From contig OX597814.1 of assembly GCA_951406725.2 (NCBI GenBank), positions 218,364,001-218,428,000 on the forward strand: a stretch of 64,000 nucleotides of DNA, written 5' to 3'. Position 1 is the first letter of the stretch, and each line of letters starts with the position of its first letter. Made by a program: the position numbers and the translations under genes. Of this stretch, positions 63,176 through 64,000 are shown in pieces. Below the pieces are notes generated by a model that made no database searches, had not been told where the DNA came from, and saw nothing but the letters and a program-made list of their open reading frames with translations. The stretch comes from Octopus vulgaris (lineage: Eukaryota).

Positions 63176-63763
63176 TATCGCATACATTATGTGTAGTGTC
63201 ATAAAAGTCTCTATTATCTCATATGTATCTACTCAGATATAATGTCATTTATTCTTTTGTTACCTGTATAAAATAGGCTGTATGTAAGAAGGACAAGTTG
63301 CATGGAAAACTCCTTGGCATATGATAATCTTTTGTGTAAAGGTGCATAAAATATTATCAGGCTATATGTTACATACTTTCATTTACCTGGAGCTAATATT
63401 TACATAGAAGGGTCGTTTCTCAACCAAATGAGCCTCTTAAGTTTTTATCTGCATATAAAAGGATTCCCATTTATGAATCTAACACCAGTGTCATAGCTTG
63501 TCATTACAAAGAGGAAAATGTATCTCTACAATAATAATGGGTTACAAGTTGTTAGGTCATAATTTACATAATTACCTTTTTGTTTGTTTGTTTCTTAAGC
63601 TGCTTTTTATAGCTTGTTTTGTTTCTAACCCTAGCATATTTATCTAGAAAAAAAATATTTGTTTCATTGATTTAAATTTATATTGTTTCTAATAGTACTT
63701 TTCCTCCTCCTCCTCTGCCTCCTCCCATTTTTTAATTATTATTATTATTATCATTATTATAAT

Positions 63764-64000
63764 AGGTGGCCAGCTGGCAGAATTGTTAGCACGCCAGGCA
63801 AAATGCTTTGTGACATTTCGTCCGTCTTTATGTTCTGAGTTCAAATTTTACCGAGGTCAACTTTGCCTCTCGTCCTTTTGGGGTCGATAAATGAAGTACC
63901 AGTAAAACACTGGGATCGTTGTAATCGACTAGTCCCCTCCCCACAAATTTCAGGCCTTGTGCCTTTAGTAGAAAAGATTATTATCATTATTATTATTATT
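63764..64000 (+). mobile_element. SINE C with (ATT)n tail
   Basis: Full match to the C consensus, embedded in an ATT tract. Confidence 0.88.

Overview
AT-rich, repeat-dense animal genomic DNA. The SINE and microsatellite repertoire looks like an octopus or other coleoid cephalopod genome (recognised by eye, not searched). It is not prokaryotic, and nearly all ORFs in the supplied track are spurious products of repeats. Bases 1 to ~39.7 kb are mostly intergenic transposon debris: three tRNA-derived SINE families, non-autonomous Helitrons, a decayed Gypsy pol, two solo LTRs, mariner, CR1 and nested MITEs. One SINE tail has expanded into a 1.6 kb satellite. From 39,784 a spliced + strand gene begins that the ORF track does not resolve. 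Three small exons (39784-39850, 52561-52637, 55011-55135) join in frame and resemble the N-terminus of sterol O-acyltransferase (SOAT1/ACAT). CpG becomes visibly depleted inside this gene. I found no convincing new multi-gene system. The most interesting signals are a cluster of four fold-back elements in intron 1, Helitron dimer and capture structures, and several unusual retrotransposition junctions. SINE family labels A/B/C and Helitron family E are my own working names.
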